DNA of 64,000 nt from Candidatus Uhrbacteria bacterium (GTDB taxonomy: Bacteria > Patescibacteriota > Patescibacteriia > UBA9934 > GWF2-40-263), in the NCBI GenBank assembly GCA_016209325.1, contig JACQWJ010000034.1, positions 220 through 64,219 of the forward strand, in the 5' to 3' direction. Position 1 is the first letter of the stretch, and every line of letters begins with the position of its first letter. The notes beneath the pieces are model-generated. The model did no database searches, was not told where the DNA came from, and saw nothing but the letters and a program-made list of their open reading frames with translations. This document shows, in pieces, positions 34,599 through 44,058 of this stretch. The position numbers and the translations under genes are program-made.

Positions 34599-35559
34599 AC
34601 CGCAGGTCTTTTTTTCGAAGCGCGCGGCGCTTGGCAAGCAGGGACGGCCAACGCGCCCGGGTTTGCTTCCACGCGTCCCTGAGAACAGAGGGACACTTAA
34701 CCAGATAAAATACAACTTTGACAAGCTCGAACGGAACGACGGCCCACGCATCCCGTACCAGATCCCTGAGCGTCAGATGGACGAGGAGGTTCCACCAATG
34801 GTTGCGGTAAGAGAAGAGCTCGAAAATGGGAGAAGTCCCGCGGTGGAGCAGAGACTGACGAAACGAGCGCTGGTGGTAGGCGACCGCCTCGGGCAGCACG
34901 ACCGCCTTCCACCCGCGGCGGAACAGCCGATAGGCTAGATCCACGTCTTCCTTGTACGATCCGTAGGCAGGATCAAACAGATGGCCGTCGTGGCTCGCGT
35001 CCAGAATCGCACTCCGCCGGTAAAACGGCAAGCATCCGGAAATACCGAAAACAGGAACGGAATCACGCCCCACCCGGAGGTCGGGCATTCCGGTCGCGGA
35101 ATCGGTCACTTTCCCCGTCGCGGAACGGACGAGTCCGAGCGAATCGACAACTGCCTGCGTCTCGGGCCTTCCTTCCTTGTTCCAATCCCACCGCAGAATC
35201 TTTCCGGTCGCCGCTCCGACGTCGGCGTGGGTTTCGAGATAGCTCCTCACGCGGACGATGAAATCCGGCTCAAGTATCGCGTCCTGATTGACGAGGAACA
35301 CGATGTCGGCTGCATGCTGTTCAAACAAGCGCTGATGTCCTCCCGCGAACCCCAGGTTCGTTTCCGAGGAGGCAAACGTGAACGGCAGATCCTGGCAGGA
35401 CGCGAAAAACGCCAAGGATTTTCGCTTCTCCTCAAAAACCGTGCTGTTTTCCAGGACAGCGAGATGCCAGTCGTGATCGGTCTGCCGACGCAGGGAATCG
35501 AACAGGACGGGGAGATACTGGGATCCATTGTAGGACAGGAGCTGCAGGGCGAGCGTCAT
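34588..35559 (-). CDS. Glycosyltransferase family 2
   Basis: NLGFAGGH, VNQDA, FD..YGSYKEDVDL. Confidence 0.9.
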   Translation of the reverse strand: MTLALQLLSYNGSQYLPVLFDSLRRQTDHDWHLAVLENSTVFEEKRKSLAFFASCQDLPFTFASSETNLGFAGGHQRLFEQHAADIVFLVNQDAILEPDFIVRVRSYLETHADVGAATGKILRWDWNKEGRPETQAVVDSLGLVRSATGKVTDSATGMPDLRVGRDSVPVFGISGCLPFYRRSAILDASHDGHLFDPAYGSYKEDVDLAYRLFRRGWKAVVLPEAVAYHQRSFRQSLLHRGTSPIFELFSYRNHWWNLLVHLTLRDLVRDAWAVVPFELVKVVFYLVKCPSVLRDAWKQTRARWPSLLAKRRALRKKDLRYAP

Positions 35560-36428
35560 ACCGTTTTTCGCTTGCGCAAAAACCGCGCGAGGTCGACGCC
35601 AACCCCCATCAGAATCGCGAGCGGCCTAAGCGTCGCGAGGATTGCCGCCTGCCACTTCGGATGCCATTTCCAGAAATAGAAAACCATACTCCGAGTCAGC
35701 ATGGCCTGCTTGCGGCGCACGGGGTGCTGCTTGAAGCTTTGACCGACCAGGTCACGGCAGGCGACGTCCGCGCAGTAGCGTACACGGTAGCCCTCCTTGC
35801 GGACGCGCTTGCAGTAGTCCACTTCCTCAAACCAAATGAAGAAGCGCTCATCAAAAGGGCCGACCCGCTCGAACAGCTCCCGACGGAACGCGAAGTAAGA
35901 TCCCCGTACCTGCTCGACGTTCTGGGACGTCTCGTAGTCGAACTCCGCATACAGGTAGCGGTTGACGACAACAGGAAACAGGTGCGGCAGCTTGAGTACG
36001 ATGGCCAACTGATCCCGGAAGCCGGGATCGCGACGGACCGACCGGATGGGGTTTCCTTCTGGATTGGTCAGTTTGACTGTCAGGATCCCAATGTCGGGAT
36101 GGGCCATGAGCTCGTCGTAGGTACGCTCCAAGACACCTTCCTCAAGCAGCATGTCCGGATTGAGAAGAAGAATAACTTCTCCCGTCGACAGACGAAGGCC
36201 TTGGTTTACCGGATAGGCGAATCCCGCGTTCCAGTCATTCATGACCAGACGGACCTCCGGAAACTCCTCGCGCACCATCCGGGCGCTGCCGTCCTGCGAG
36301 CCGTTGTCGATGACGATGACCTCCTTCTCGTACCGACACGGAAGCGAAAACAGACGTGCGAGGTTTTCCCGGAGGATGTCACGCACGTTCCAATTAACGA
36401 TGACGATAGAAATTTGGGGAGAAGGCAT
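35556..36428 (-). CDS. Glycosyltransferase family 2
   Basis: SIVIVNWN, DNGS.DGS, LLNPD, FDERFFIWFEEVD. Confidence 0.92.
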   Translation of the reverse strand: MPSPQISIVIVNWNVRDILRENLARLFSLPCRYEKEVIVIDNGSQDGSARMVREEFPEVRLVMNDWNAGFAYPVNQGLRLSTGEVILLLNPDMLLEEGVLERTYDELMAHPDIGILTVKLTNPEGNPIRSVRRDPGFRDQLAIVLKLPHLFPVVVNRYLYAEFDYETSQNVEQVRGSYFAFRRELFERVGPFDERFFIWFEEVDYCKRVRKEGYRVRYCADVACRDLVGQSFKQHPVRRKQAMLTRSMVFYFWKWHPKWQAAILATLRPLAILMGVGVDLARFLRKRKTV

Positions 36429-36434
36429 GGGGTC

Positions 36435-37520
36435 TCAAAGCTCGACCATGGAATTGTCGCCGACGAACAGACGATGCCCGCTTGAAGGAGAAGACGCGAG
36501 ATGGGAGGTGATGGAGGCGTTGCGGCCGATCAGCGAACCGTCAATGCGGGGGGTGTCCTTGATAGTGGTCCTGTCGAGGATGATCGAATGTTCGATCTCC
36601 GAACCGTCGATGAGACACCCGGCACCGATCGTCGTGAACGGCCCGATAAAGGCATGGCTGATCTGCGTGTCCTTGCCGATAATGACGGGTCCGCGAATGA
36701 CGACGCGCGGCCCGATGCGGGCTCCCGCCTCAACCTTCACGAACCCCTCGATGGAAGCGGACGGATCGACTTCCCCCTCGATCACATACTGATCTTCGGG
36801 AAGGGAGTTCATGGCGAGGACATTTCCTTCCACAAGCTGGGCGGGACGGCCCGGATCCTTCCACCAGCCGTCAACCACGTCGTACCCGACGCGATACCGG
36901 TTCTGCAACAACCAGGTATGGATGTCCGAAATTTCGTATTCGCCCCGTTGGGAAGGCTGGATGTGCTGGAATGCCTCGAAGAAGCACTTGTCGTACACGT
37001 ACACCCCCGCCACCGCCAGGTCGCTCGGCGGTTCTTTCGGCTTCTCGATCACCCCGACCAGCTTGCCTTCCGGATCGAATTGCGCGACGCCCAGTTCGGT
37101 CAAGTTCGTGGCGCGGGACAGGGTCAGGGCACAGTTCAACACCTCCGCCCGGAAGCGCTCGACGATGTTCTTGATCCCGTTGCGAAAAATGTTGTCGCCC
37201 AAATGGAAGATGAACGGCTCGTCCTCGCCCAAGAACGCGCGCGCGTTATATACCGCGTGCGCGATCCCGCGGGGACCGCCCTCCTGTTCGATGTAGGTAA
37301 TGCGCGCTCCCCAGCGCGAGCCGTCCCCGACGACCTGCCGGACTTCCTTATCCCCAGGATTGACGTTGATGGCGATTTCGCGCGCGCCCGCTTCCACGAC
37401 GTTGCGAATCGGGTGGAAAAGCATCGGCTGGCCGGCAAGCGGCAGCAGGTGCTTGTTCATGGACCAAGTAAGCGGACGGAACCTGGTCGCGTGCCCCCCC
37501 GCGGCGATGATGGCTTTCAT
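36435..37520 (-). CDS. rmlA: Glucose-1-phosphate thymidylyltransferase, long form
   Basis: GG.ATRFRPLT...NK.LLP, LGDN, EKPKEP.S.LA, S.RGEYEI; C-terminal hexapeptide repeats. Confidence 0.88.
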   Translation of the reverse strand: MKAIIAAGGHATRFRPLTWSMNKHLLPLAGQPMLFHPIRNVVEAGAREIAINVNPGDKEVRQVVGDGSRWGARITYIEQEGGPRGIAHAVYNARAFLGEDEPFIFHLGDNIFRNGIKNIVERFRAEVLNCALTLSRATNLTELGVAQFDPEGKLVGVIEKPKEPPSDLAVAGVYVYDKCFFEAFQHIQPSQRGEYEISDIHTWLLQNRYRVGYDVVDGWWKDPGRPAQLVEGNVLAMNSLPEDQYVIEGEVDPSASIEGFVKVEAGARIGPRVVIRGPVIIGKDTQISHAFIGPFTTIGAGCLIDGSEIEHSIILDRTTIKDTPRIDGSLIGRNASITSHLASSPSSGHRLFVGDNSMVEL

Positions 37521-37541
37521 AAGATGGGTGCAGAAAGGCGG

Positions 37542-38399
37542 TTAGGATGCGGAAGCGGCGGCTTGCCGCTTGGCGCGGGCGTACTTTTCCATCGTGTCAC
37601 GGAGCGCCTCATGGACAGGACGCATGGCAATGCCGAGGGCAGCGAGGCGCTCTGAGGCCAGAACGTTGTTGGACCGCGGCTTTTTGGCAAGACCCATCGG
37701 AACAAGGTCCTCTTCGCGTATCCATTCGCACGTGTGCGTCGGGTCAACCAACTCTTCGTATAAGGCAATGAGATCCTGAAGTTTTACCGTTCCGGGATTG
37801 GTGGCGTGGAAAATGCCCGTTGCGCGCCGTTCCAGGAGAGCGTGGAGCACGGCTGGCAGGTCGTCCAGGATCGTCACGCTGTTTTCGATCTCCATGAGCT
37901 TGGGGTAATGAGCGACCTTGGTGATGTAATTCCCGGGACCGGGAATCGAATCGATCGGCATGCGAATACGGGCGATTCCGACGTTCGGAAGCGTCGACAG
38001 GACCAGGTCGGCCGCCCATTTGTTTCGGGAATACACGGGGGACGGATTCCCGAAGTCATCTTCGCGCCACGCCTTGTCGGGATGGGGGGCCTCGCCGTAA
38101 AAAATACAGCCCGACCCGATGTGAAGCAGGTACACACCGGCGTCGGCGCAGGCGTCGGCCAAGAGGAGCGGCATGAGCACGTTCCCGCGCATTGTTTCGA
38201 ACGGATGTGAATCGCACCAGTCAACATTCGGTTTCCCCTTAACACCCGCCGCATTCAGAACGACGTCCGGTTGCTGCCGACGAATTTCTTCCAACGCCTC
38301 CTCCTTACTGGTCACACGGACGTCAGATAGGACCGCATCCGGCCACGCGGCCTGGCAGCGCTTGCCAACGTATCCGTTTCCAAAAATCAGAACCTTCAT
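37542..38399 (-). CDS. dTDP-4-dehydrorhamnose reductase, NRS/ER-like (bifunctional 3,5-epimerase/4-reductase type)
   Basis: AAGVKGKPNVDWC..H..ET.RGNV, GSGCIF, YS..K, RIRMPI, ENS.T.L. Confidence 0.8.
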   Translation of the reverse strand: MKVLIFGNGYVGKRCQAAWPDAVLSDVRVTSKEEALEEIRRQQPDVVLNAAGVKGKPNVDWCDSHPFETMRGNVLMPLLLADACADAGVYLLHIGSGCIFYGEAPHPDKAWREDDFGNPSPVYSRNKWAADLVLSTLPNVGIARIRMPIDSIPGPGNYITKVAHYPKLMEIENSVTILDDLPAVLHALLERRATGIFHATNPGTVKLQDLIALYEELVDPTHTCEWIREEDLVPMGLAKKPRSNNVLASERLAALGIAMRPVHEALRDTMEKYARAKRQAAASAS

Positions 38400-38400
38400 A

Positions 38401-39408
38401 CTAACGCATGACGTATTGTTTTTTATAATATTCCAAATAGGCGCCCGACTTGAGGGGCTTCCACCAGGCTTCGTGCGTCTTATACCATTCCACCGTCTTT
38501 GCCAATCCGTCTTCAAGGGAAACCTCCGGCGCCCAGCCGAGCTCCCGCCGAATCTTGGACGCGTCGACCGCGTAGCGGCGATCGTGGCCCGGCCGGTCCT
38601 TCACGTGCTCGATGAAGGACGCGTCGCGGCCGCAGAGACCGAGCAGGAGGCGGGTAAGTTCGAGATTCGGCCGGCGCTCCTCGGTCCCGATGTTATACAC
38701 CTCGCCGGGAATCCCCTTCTCCAAAACCGCTTCAATGGCTCGACAGTGGTCTTCCGTAAAAATCCATTCGCGGACCTGCTGGCCGTCGCCGTATACCGGC
38801 ACGTTCTTCCCTTCCAGGAGATTGGTGATGAACAGGGGGATGACCTTTTCCGGATACTGATAGGGCCCGTAGAAGTTGCAGGAGTGGGTCACGATGACCG
38901 GGGTTCCGTACGTATGCGCGTACGCCCGGCACAGATGGTCTCCGCCGGCCTTGCTCGCCGAATACGGTGAGTTGGGCTCGAACGGGCTCATCTCGTTGAA
39001 CGTCCCGTCCTCGACGGATCCGAATACCTCGTCGGTCGAGACCTGGACCATCCTCCCGACGCCGTGCTTCTTTACCGCCTCAAGCAGGTGGTAGGTCCCG
39101 ATGACGTCGGTAAAGAGGAACGCCTTGGGATCCAGGATGGAGCGGTCGACGTGGGTCTCGGCCGCGTAGTTGACGACGGCGTCAAACGCGTGCGCGCCGA
39201 ACAGGGCCTCGACCGCGGCCTCGTCGGCCAGGTCCCCCCGCACAAAGACGTAACGGGAGTCGTCCTCCACGTCCCGGAGGTTCTCGAGGTTGCCGGCGTA
39301 GGTGAGCTTGTCGAAGTTGACGAGCTGAAGATCGGCATGCCGGGCAAGCATATGCCGGATAAAGTTGCTCCCCATGAACCCTGCCCCTCCCGTAACGAGA
39401 ATTCTCAT
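38401..39408 (-). CDS. rmlB: dTDP-glucose 4,6-dehydratase
   Basis: GGAGFMGSNF, DKLTYAGN, AAETHVDRSI, STDEV, PYSASK, DRPGHDRRY. Confidence 0.95.
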   Translation of the reverse strand: MRILVTGGAGFMGSNFIRHMLARHADLQLVNFDKLTYAGNLENLRDVEDDSRYVFVRGDLADEAAVEALFGAHAFDAVVNYAAETHVDRSILDPKAFLFTDVIGTYHLLEAVKKHGVGRMVQVSTDEVFGSVEDGTFNEMSPFEPNSPYSASKAGGDHLCRAYAHTYGTPVIVTHSCNFYGPYQYPEKVIPLFITNLLEGKNVPVYGDGQQVREWIFTEDHCRAIEAVLEKGIPGEVYNIGTEERRPNLELTRLLLGLCGRDASFIEHVKDRPGHDRRYAVDASKIRRELGWAPEVSLEDGLAKTVEWYKTHEAWWKPLKSGAYLEYYKKQYVMR

Positions 39409-39469
39409 AGTCGTTGCGAATGCCTAAGCCAAAAATCGATCGAATTCTACTGGTTCAAACGGCGTCCTG

Positions 39470-39886
39470 TCAATCGGAAACCGGCTCCTCGAACGTGTCG
39501 GCGGGGTCGTGGACCGTCGACGCGAGGACGCCCAAAATGGCGCCTTTGGGAACTGCGGCGCGGTGCCAGACCCCCGGCGGGATCAACAGCGCTCGCGAGG
39601 GGTCGGACAAGGAGACAACCTCTTCCATGTTCCCCTGACGTAGGGTAACGACGACGGTTCCGGCTACGGCAAGCATCGTTTCGTGCTTGCGGAGGTGGAA
39701 GTGGCCGCCATGTCCCCGTCCGCTTCCCTGCTCGTCCGAAAAGATGAAGTAGACTTCGGGAACGGCAAGCACCGCGCCTGCGGTCAGCGCGGGTATACGA
39801 ACCGAAATCAGACGCCCCTCCCCCTTCGAACCATCGGCCGGAAAAACATGCGTGTGCAGGTCAAGGACCTTCCAAGGAAATGTCTA
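39470..39886 (-). CDS. FdtA/WxcM-like cupin (sugar 3,4-ketoisomerase); start codon apparently disrupted
   Basis: HGGHFH, L.IPPGVWH, VLAS..HD..D; frame is open up to CGTATAGACA (looks like CGTATG ACA with one extra A). Confidence 0.65.
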
Positions 39887-39898
39887 TACGCGCGGCCG

Positions 39899-40465
39899 TT
39901 AAGCCGACAATGGTTGCGCCGCGGCCAGCAAGGCAAAGACATGCGGCTTGGCAATGGCCCAGGCAGCGAGAGCGTATCCGTTAAACAAACCGCCGGAGGC
40001 GATGCGGCTATCAACTTCCTCCGGAAGGAGGGAAACGAGCTCGAACTCCTCGGTCTCGTCCGCCGCAGCCGGCTTGGGAATCAGGCAGGTTCCCAGGAAC
40101 ACGTAACCAGTCTCGTCCAGGAGGCCCGCGTCGGTGGCGAAGGTTCCGATCAGGCGCAGCGTCCGGGCCTCGAACCCCGTCTCTTCGGAAAGTTCGCCGC
40201 GCGCCGCCTCTTCGGGAGCCTGTCCCAGCTTGATGCCGCCCCCGGGAAATTCAAGACTGTCGCGGTCCAGAAGATAGCGATATTGGCTGACACACAAGAT
40301 GCGTCCCTCATCCGTGACGGGAATGACGGTGACGCCTCCCAGTGTATGCATGTAGTGGTACTCGCCCTGCTTGCCGCTTTTCAGCTGGAACCGGTCGATC
40401 CGGTATTCCCACCAGGGATTTCTAAAGCGCACCTGCGTGGACAAGCGTTTCCAGGCATGGAGCAT
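39899..40465 (-). CDS. NUDIX hydrolase (ADP-ribose pyrophosphatase-like)
   Basis: QYRY, EFPGG.....PEEAARGEL.EETG. Confidence 0.9.
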   Translation of the reverse strand: MLHAWKRLSTQVRFRNPWWEYRIDRFQLKSGKQGEYHYMHTLGGVTVIPVTDEGRILCVSQYRYLLDRDSLEFPGGGIKLGQAPEEAARGELSEETGFEARTLRLIGTFATDAGLLDETGYVFLGTCLIPKPAAADETEEFELVSLLPEEVDSRIASGGLFNGYALAAWAIAKPHVFALLAAAQPLSA

Positions 40466-40468
40466 ACA

Positions 40469-40870
40469 TTACAGTGCTCCGCGGACCTTCTCGGCCATGG
40501 CCGCAAGGTCTCCCGCCTCCGTCCCGTGCCACAGCTCGTAGCCGTCCCCGGGCCTGCGCGGCATGACGTGGAAGTGGGTGTGGAACACGACCTGTCCCGC
40601 CGCGGCGCCGGTGTTGACGCCGAGGTTGAACCCCTCGAAACCGACCGCGCGCAGGAGGGCAGGGGCGATCTTTTGGACCGCGTCCATGACGGCATGCAGA
40701 TCCTCGGGCGCCATATGGACCATGTTCGCGCTGTGGGTTTTGGGAATCACGAGGACGTGTCCCGGGTTCACTGGTTGGATGTCGAGAAACGCGAGAACGC
40801 GCTCGTCCTCGTATACCTTGTGGCAGGGAATCTCGCCTCGAACTATGTTGCAGAAGAGACAGTCGGGCAT
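40469..40870 (-). CDS. HIT family protein
   Basis: CLFC, AFLDI.P..PGH.LVIPK.H, AGQVVFHTHFH. Confidence 0.93.
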   Translation of the reverse strand: MPDCLFCNIVRGEIPCHKVYEDERVLAFLDIQPVNPGHVLVIPKTHSANMVHMAPEDLHAVMDAVQKIAPALLRAVGFEGFNLGVNTGAAAGQVVFHTHFHVMPRRPGDGYELWHGTEAGDLAAMAEKVRGAL

Positions 40871-40928
40871 ATGTGGAGGGATGAGGGGGTTAGGGATTAG
40901 GGTGTTGGTGGTTGGGGGACGGCGGCAA

Positions 40929-41014
40929 CCCCCTGGTAGTCCCCCTTGGGAAGGGGGACACGCGTTCCGGATCAGTTTCCCCTTCTTATCCAAGGAGGGG
41001 GTAGGGGAGGTTGC
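40929..41014. repeat. Pair of G/C-rich REP-like palindromes
   Basis: GTCCCCCTT-GGG-AAGGGGGAC and CCCCTTCTT-ATCC-AAGGAGGGG-TAGGGGAGG in intergenic DNA. Confidence 0.55.
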
Positions 41015-41052
41015 CGATGTGCTTGCTGAGGGAGTAAGCCAACAACTGACCG

Positions 41053-41427
41053 TTACTCTGAACGCAATGCCGACAGGACAAGAAACGGAACCAGGGCGAG
41101 GAGTCCGGCAACGAGTAGGACGTATCCATCGAACGCGCCGCGCAGGCTCCAGGCGACCGCAACGGCTGTGCCGGACAGAAAGAGCGCTGCAACTACCTGC
41201 AGCCATGGACGTCCATGGGGACCGTCCGTCTGCCACGGCAGGGCTCCCCACCAGACCCCGGAAGCGAGGAGAGGCAGGAAGAAAACGTGAAACGGAAGGT
41301 GGTTGGAAACAAAGCCGGGCCAAGCCCATTCCAGGCAGATCGCCGTCACGAGGGAGGCGAGAGACGCGAAGAACGCCGTGCGGGCCACGGCTTCGCGGGG
41401 ATCGAAATGGTCCCGTTGCGTCCACAT
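41053..41427 (-). CDS. Membrane protein, unknown function
   Basis: About 4 TM helices; CGTATG start. Confidence 0.7.
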   Translation of the reverse strand: MWTQRDHFDPREAVARTAFFASLASLVTAICLEWAWPGFVSNHLPFHVFFLPLLASGVWWGALPWQTDGPHGRPWLQVVAALFLSGTAVAVAWSLRGAFDGYVLLVAGLLALVPFLVLSALRSE

Positions 41428-41430
41428 ACG

Positions 41431-42897
41431 TCAGGGTGCCAGGCGTTCCCGTATTTCATCAGCCATCTTGTTCCAGGTCAACGGCTCGCGGCGCAGCGCG
41501 AGACGGATGCGCCCGAGGAGGAACGGTTCGTCCGGACTTGCTCCCGGAACGGAAAGGGCGAACTTCCAGGTGCCGTTCTCAACCGCGAACAGACCCGCGT
41601 CAAACGACGCTTCCGCCACGAGCCACTTCCCTTCTCGGTGCGGCGGTTGGTAATCGGCGATAACGTAATCGACCCCCAGGCGATCGAGGTCGGAGTGTCC
41701 GAGGAGGCGCACGGGATCGGGATTGAAGTACTGGTCCTCCGCGAAAGCCACATGACCGTCGGTGCGCAGGACGACGTCGCCCTTCGGAGCCTCCCCCCGC
41801 GCCACGCCGCCGGTCGAGACGTCGAGGAGATATTCCTGATACGGCTCCGCGACCTCGACCGCGTCTTCCCCCACGCGGAGCGTCTGGCGCGACTCCGCAT
41901 GTGTGGTCGCCGCGCGGATGCGCTTGGCCTCGGTCCAAAATGCAACCAGCGCCGGCTCCCGGCGATACCCGACGTCGTCGGCCAGGTAAACCGTGCTACC
42001 GAACACAATCTTCTGCTGCGCGGTGGTGAAGCGCCGGAAGAAGACGTCATGCTCGGCGCGAAGCTGGACCTTGTACACACCCTCGGGCAAGTTGGGAGCT
42101 TCCAGACGAAGGACCTGAAGCCCGGAGGGACGGGCGTTGTCGGTCGCGTTGCCGTCGTCCGCCGCCCGTACTTCGGCCACCGGCGATCCAGATTCGTTCA
42201 GCACAGTGACGACGACCGGGTCCGCGCCGTTCTTCCGGTTCATGTCCACGTAGGTGATGCCAAACCACAATATCTCATCTTTGATATAGGTCTGGAACTC
42301 ATGAAATCCGCGGAGGGAAACCTCGATCGTCCGTTCGGTGGAGGAAGGATGGTAGTCGGAAAGACGAAACGGGGCACGGAGGCCGTAATGGTAGGTCGCG
42401 ATGCGGCTGCGCTCGGGAAGGTCGCGCAGGAATTCCCCGATAGACGCGTACGTCGGCTCGCGCTGGAGAAGCAATAGACCATCCTCTTCCAGACGATGCC
42501 AGGACGAGCGGTCGATCAGCAAATTCTGGAGCGGCTTCAAATCGTATACCTCCCCCGAGGCTTGAGCGAGCACGCCCATCTCAACGATCGGGACGTCCTC
42601 GTTCTGAAACCAAACCTCAACATCGACCCGCGAAAAAGAACGATGCGGATGAACGAAGAACGTCACAGGGTCGCCGATGACAGGCTGAACCCAGTCCCCG
42701 TCCGCATCTTGAACCAGCTCCCCGGTACGAGCCTCGGGCAACACACGATCCATGAACGGCGAGCGCTCCTCGACGGACCGGTCGACAACGAACGTCCCGC
42801 TCGACACGAGGTTCTGCCAGCCAAGCCAAAAGAAGGCTCCGAGGGGAATGAGGAGGATGAGGGCTTGGAGAAGATGGGTGCGGAAACGAACAGTCAC
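41431..42897 (-). CDS. Membrane-anchored extracellular protein, unknown function
   Basis: Long ORF with N-terminal TM helix and beta-rich body; start uncertain. Confidence 0.75.
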   Translation of the reverse strand: MTVRFRTHLLQALILLIPLGAFFWLGWQNLVSSGTFVVDRSVEERSPFMDRVLPEARTGELVQDADGDWVQPVIGDPVTFFVHPHRSFSRVDVEVWFQNEDVPIVEMGVLAQASGEVYDLKPLQNLLIDRSSWHRLEEDGLLLLQREPTYASIGEFLRDLPERSRIATYHYGLRAPFRLSDYHPSSTERTIEVSLRGFHEFQTYIKDEILWFGITYVDMNRKNGADPVVVTVLNESGSPVAEVRAADDGNATDNARPSGLQVLRLEAPNLPEGVYKVQLRAEHDVFFRRFTTAQQKIVFGSTVYLADDVGYRREPALVAFWTEAKRIRAATTHAESRQTLRVGEDAVEVAEPYQEYLLDVSTGGVARGEAPKGDVVLRTDGHVAFAEDQYFNPDPVRLLGHSDLDRLGVDYVIADYQPPHREGKWLVAEASFDAGLFAVENGTWKFALSVPGASPDEPFLLGRIRLALRREPLTWNKMADEIRERLAP

Positions 42898-42907
42898 AGA
42901 AAACGAA

Positions 42908-43552
42908 TCAAAACAATTTCTGAATGATCCGTTTGGAAATCTCAATCCGTTTGTCTAAGTCCATCTCCTGATAAAGCTCGTCAAATAAATTGCCAAAATC
43001 TTTCAGTTCGACACGAAGATATTTTAACCGTTGCTTGGGAGCCGGAGTCCAACGGGCGTGAACGTCAAAGCAACGCTCCAATAATTCATTGTCTAAAATT
43101 TGGAGATAGAGATTTGCCGTCGGACGATCCTTGTCCTTAAAATATTCAATAGCCCGAATCTTGTCCTCAGCGTCAAAGCGTAAGTGCTTCAGTTTTTGCG
43201 CATCAGGCCGTTCTTTGCCCTTTCGTTCTAATTCCTGAGCAAACTGATGGATCTCCTCCATCACACCTTGAGGATCGTAAACAATTTTGGCATCTTTCCA
43301 GAGCTGCACAGCATCATTAGGATTCTTTCCATAAAAGTCTAGGGTGTCCTTTTTTGAAGCGTACACCATCTCAAAGGCCTGCCCATTCCTGAATTCAATA
43401 TCCCGCCAAACGCCTTCTGTTGTGACAACCAACACATCGACGTCGCTGTTGGGACGCTGTTCTCCTCGTGCATAAGAACCGAAGAGGGCGATTCCGACCA
43501 CGCTATCTTTCGCTTTGAGCTCGTCGACAAACGATTGGATGATCGATTCCAT
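42908..43552 (-). CDS. Nucleotidyltransferase (Pol-beta/KNTase-like) with helical C-terminus
   Basis: LFGSYARG..RPNSDVDVLV; low GC relative to flanks. Confidence 0.85.
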   Translation of the reverse strand: MESIIQSFVDELKAKDSVVGIALFGSYARGEQRPNSDVDVLVVTTEGVWRDIEFRNGQAFEMVYASKKDTLDFYGKNPNDAVQLWKDAKIVYDPQGVMEEIHQFAQELERKGKERPDAQKLKHLRFDAEDKIRAIEYFKDKDRPTANLYLQILDNELLERCFDVHARWTPAPKQRLKYLRVELKDFGNLFDELYQEMDLDKRIEISKRIIQKLF

Positions 43553-43700
43553 AAGAAGATGCATTGACACGACAACCTTTTTATGATTTGATAATAGCAA
43601 GCGGATGGAGTCCCATGGACTTAATACCCGTTGTCACAAAAAGCTCCCCCCAGAAATGCGTGGGGATCTTTTTGTTTACGTTCATCCCGGGCCGGATCCG

Positions 43701-43777
43701 GGGCCCATGGGAGTAATTGGCAACTCCATTCGCTTTGACAACGGAAGTTGCGGGTTCAAGTCCCGCTGGGTCCACCA
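43701..43777 (+). tRNA. Non-canonical tRNA-like gene, copy B
   Basis: 77 nt: GGGCCCA/TGGGTCC-ACCA, D-stem GGAGT/ACTCC, anticodon stem TTCG/CGGA with 9-nt loop CTTTGACAA, T-arm GCGGG-TTCAAGT-CCCGC. Confidence 0.8.
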
Positions 43778-43786
43778 TGGCTCGGG

Positions 43787-43826
43787 ACCAACTACCACCC
43801 CGTCGCAAGACGGGGTGGTTGGGTTT
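43787..43826 (+). terminator. Hairpin downstream of tRNA-like copy B
   Basis: ACCACCCCGTC-GCAA-GACGGGGTGGT then TGGGTTT. Confidence 0.65.
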
Positions 43827-44008
43827 ATTCCTATAATTCATTCCATTTAAATTCATATGGATTCACATCCGCACGCTGCGATTATCTATTTGACAAAAAA
43901 GATCCGGGCTGTTATTCTTTTTCTAGATCACCACGAAAAGCGCCCTTCAAGGTTCCGTCCTTGCGGGGTTCTTTTCTTTTTCAAGACCGACAAATTTCTA
44001 CATCTATT

Positions 44009-44036
44009 AGATCCCTCCGAGACGTTCGGGATGACA
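44009..44036. repeat. Solo REP-like repeat related to the GIY-YIG-flanking repeats
   Basis: AGATCCCTCCGAGACGTTCGGGATGACA versus AGATCCTTCGCGAGGCGCTCTGGATGG (1097-1123). Confidence 0.6.
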
Positions 44037-44058
44037 TATACATATACAAAAAACAATG

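Noticed and set aside
43735-43765. TTGACA in the anticodon loops as a -35 promoter box
   Set aside because: No -10 element at 16-18 bp in either copy
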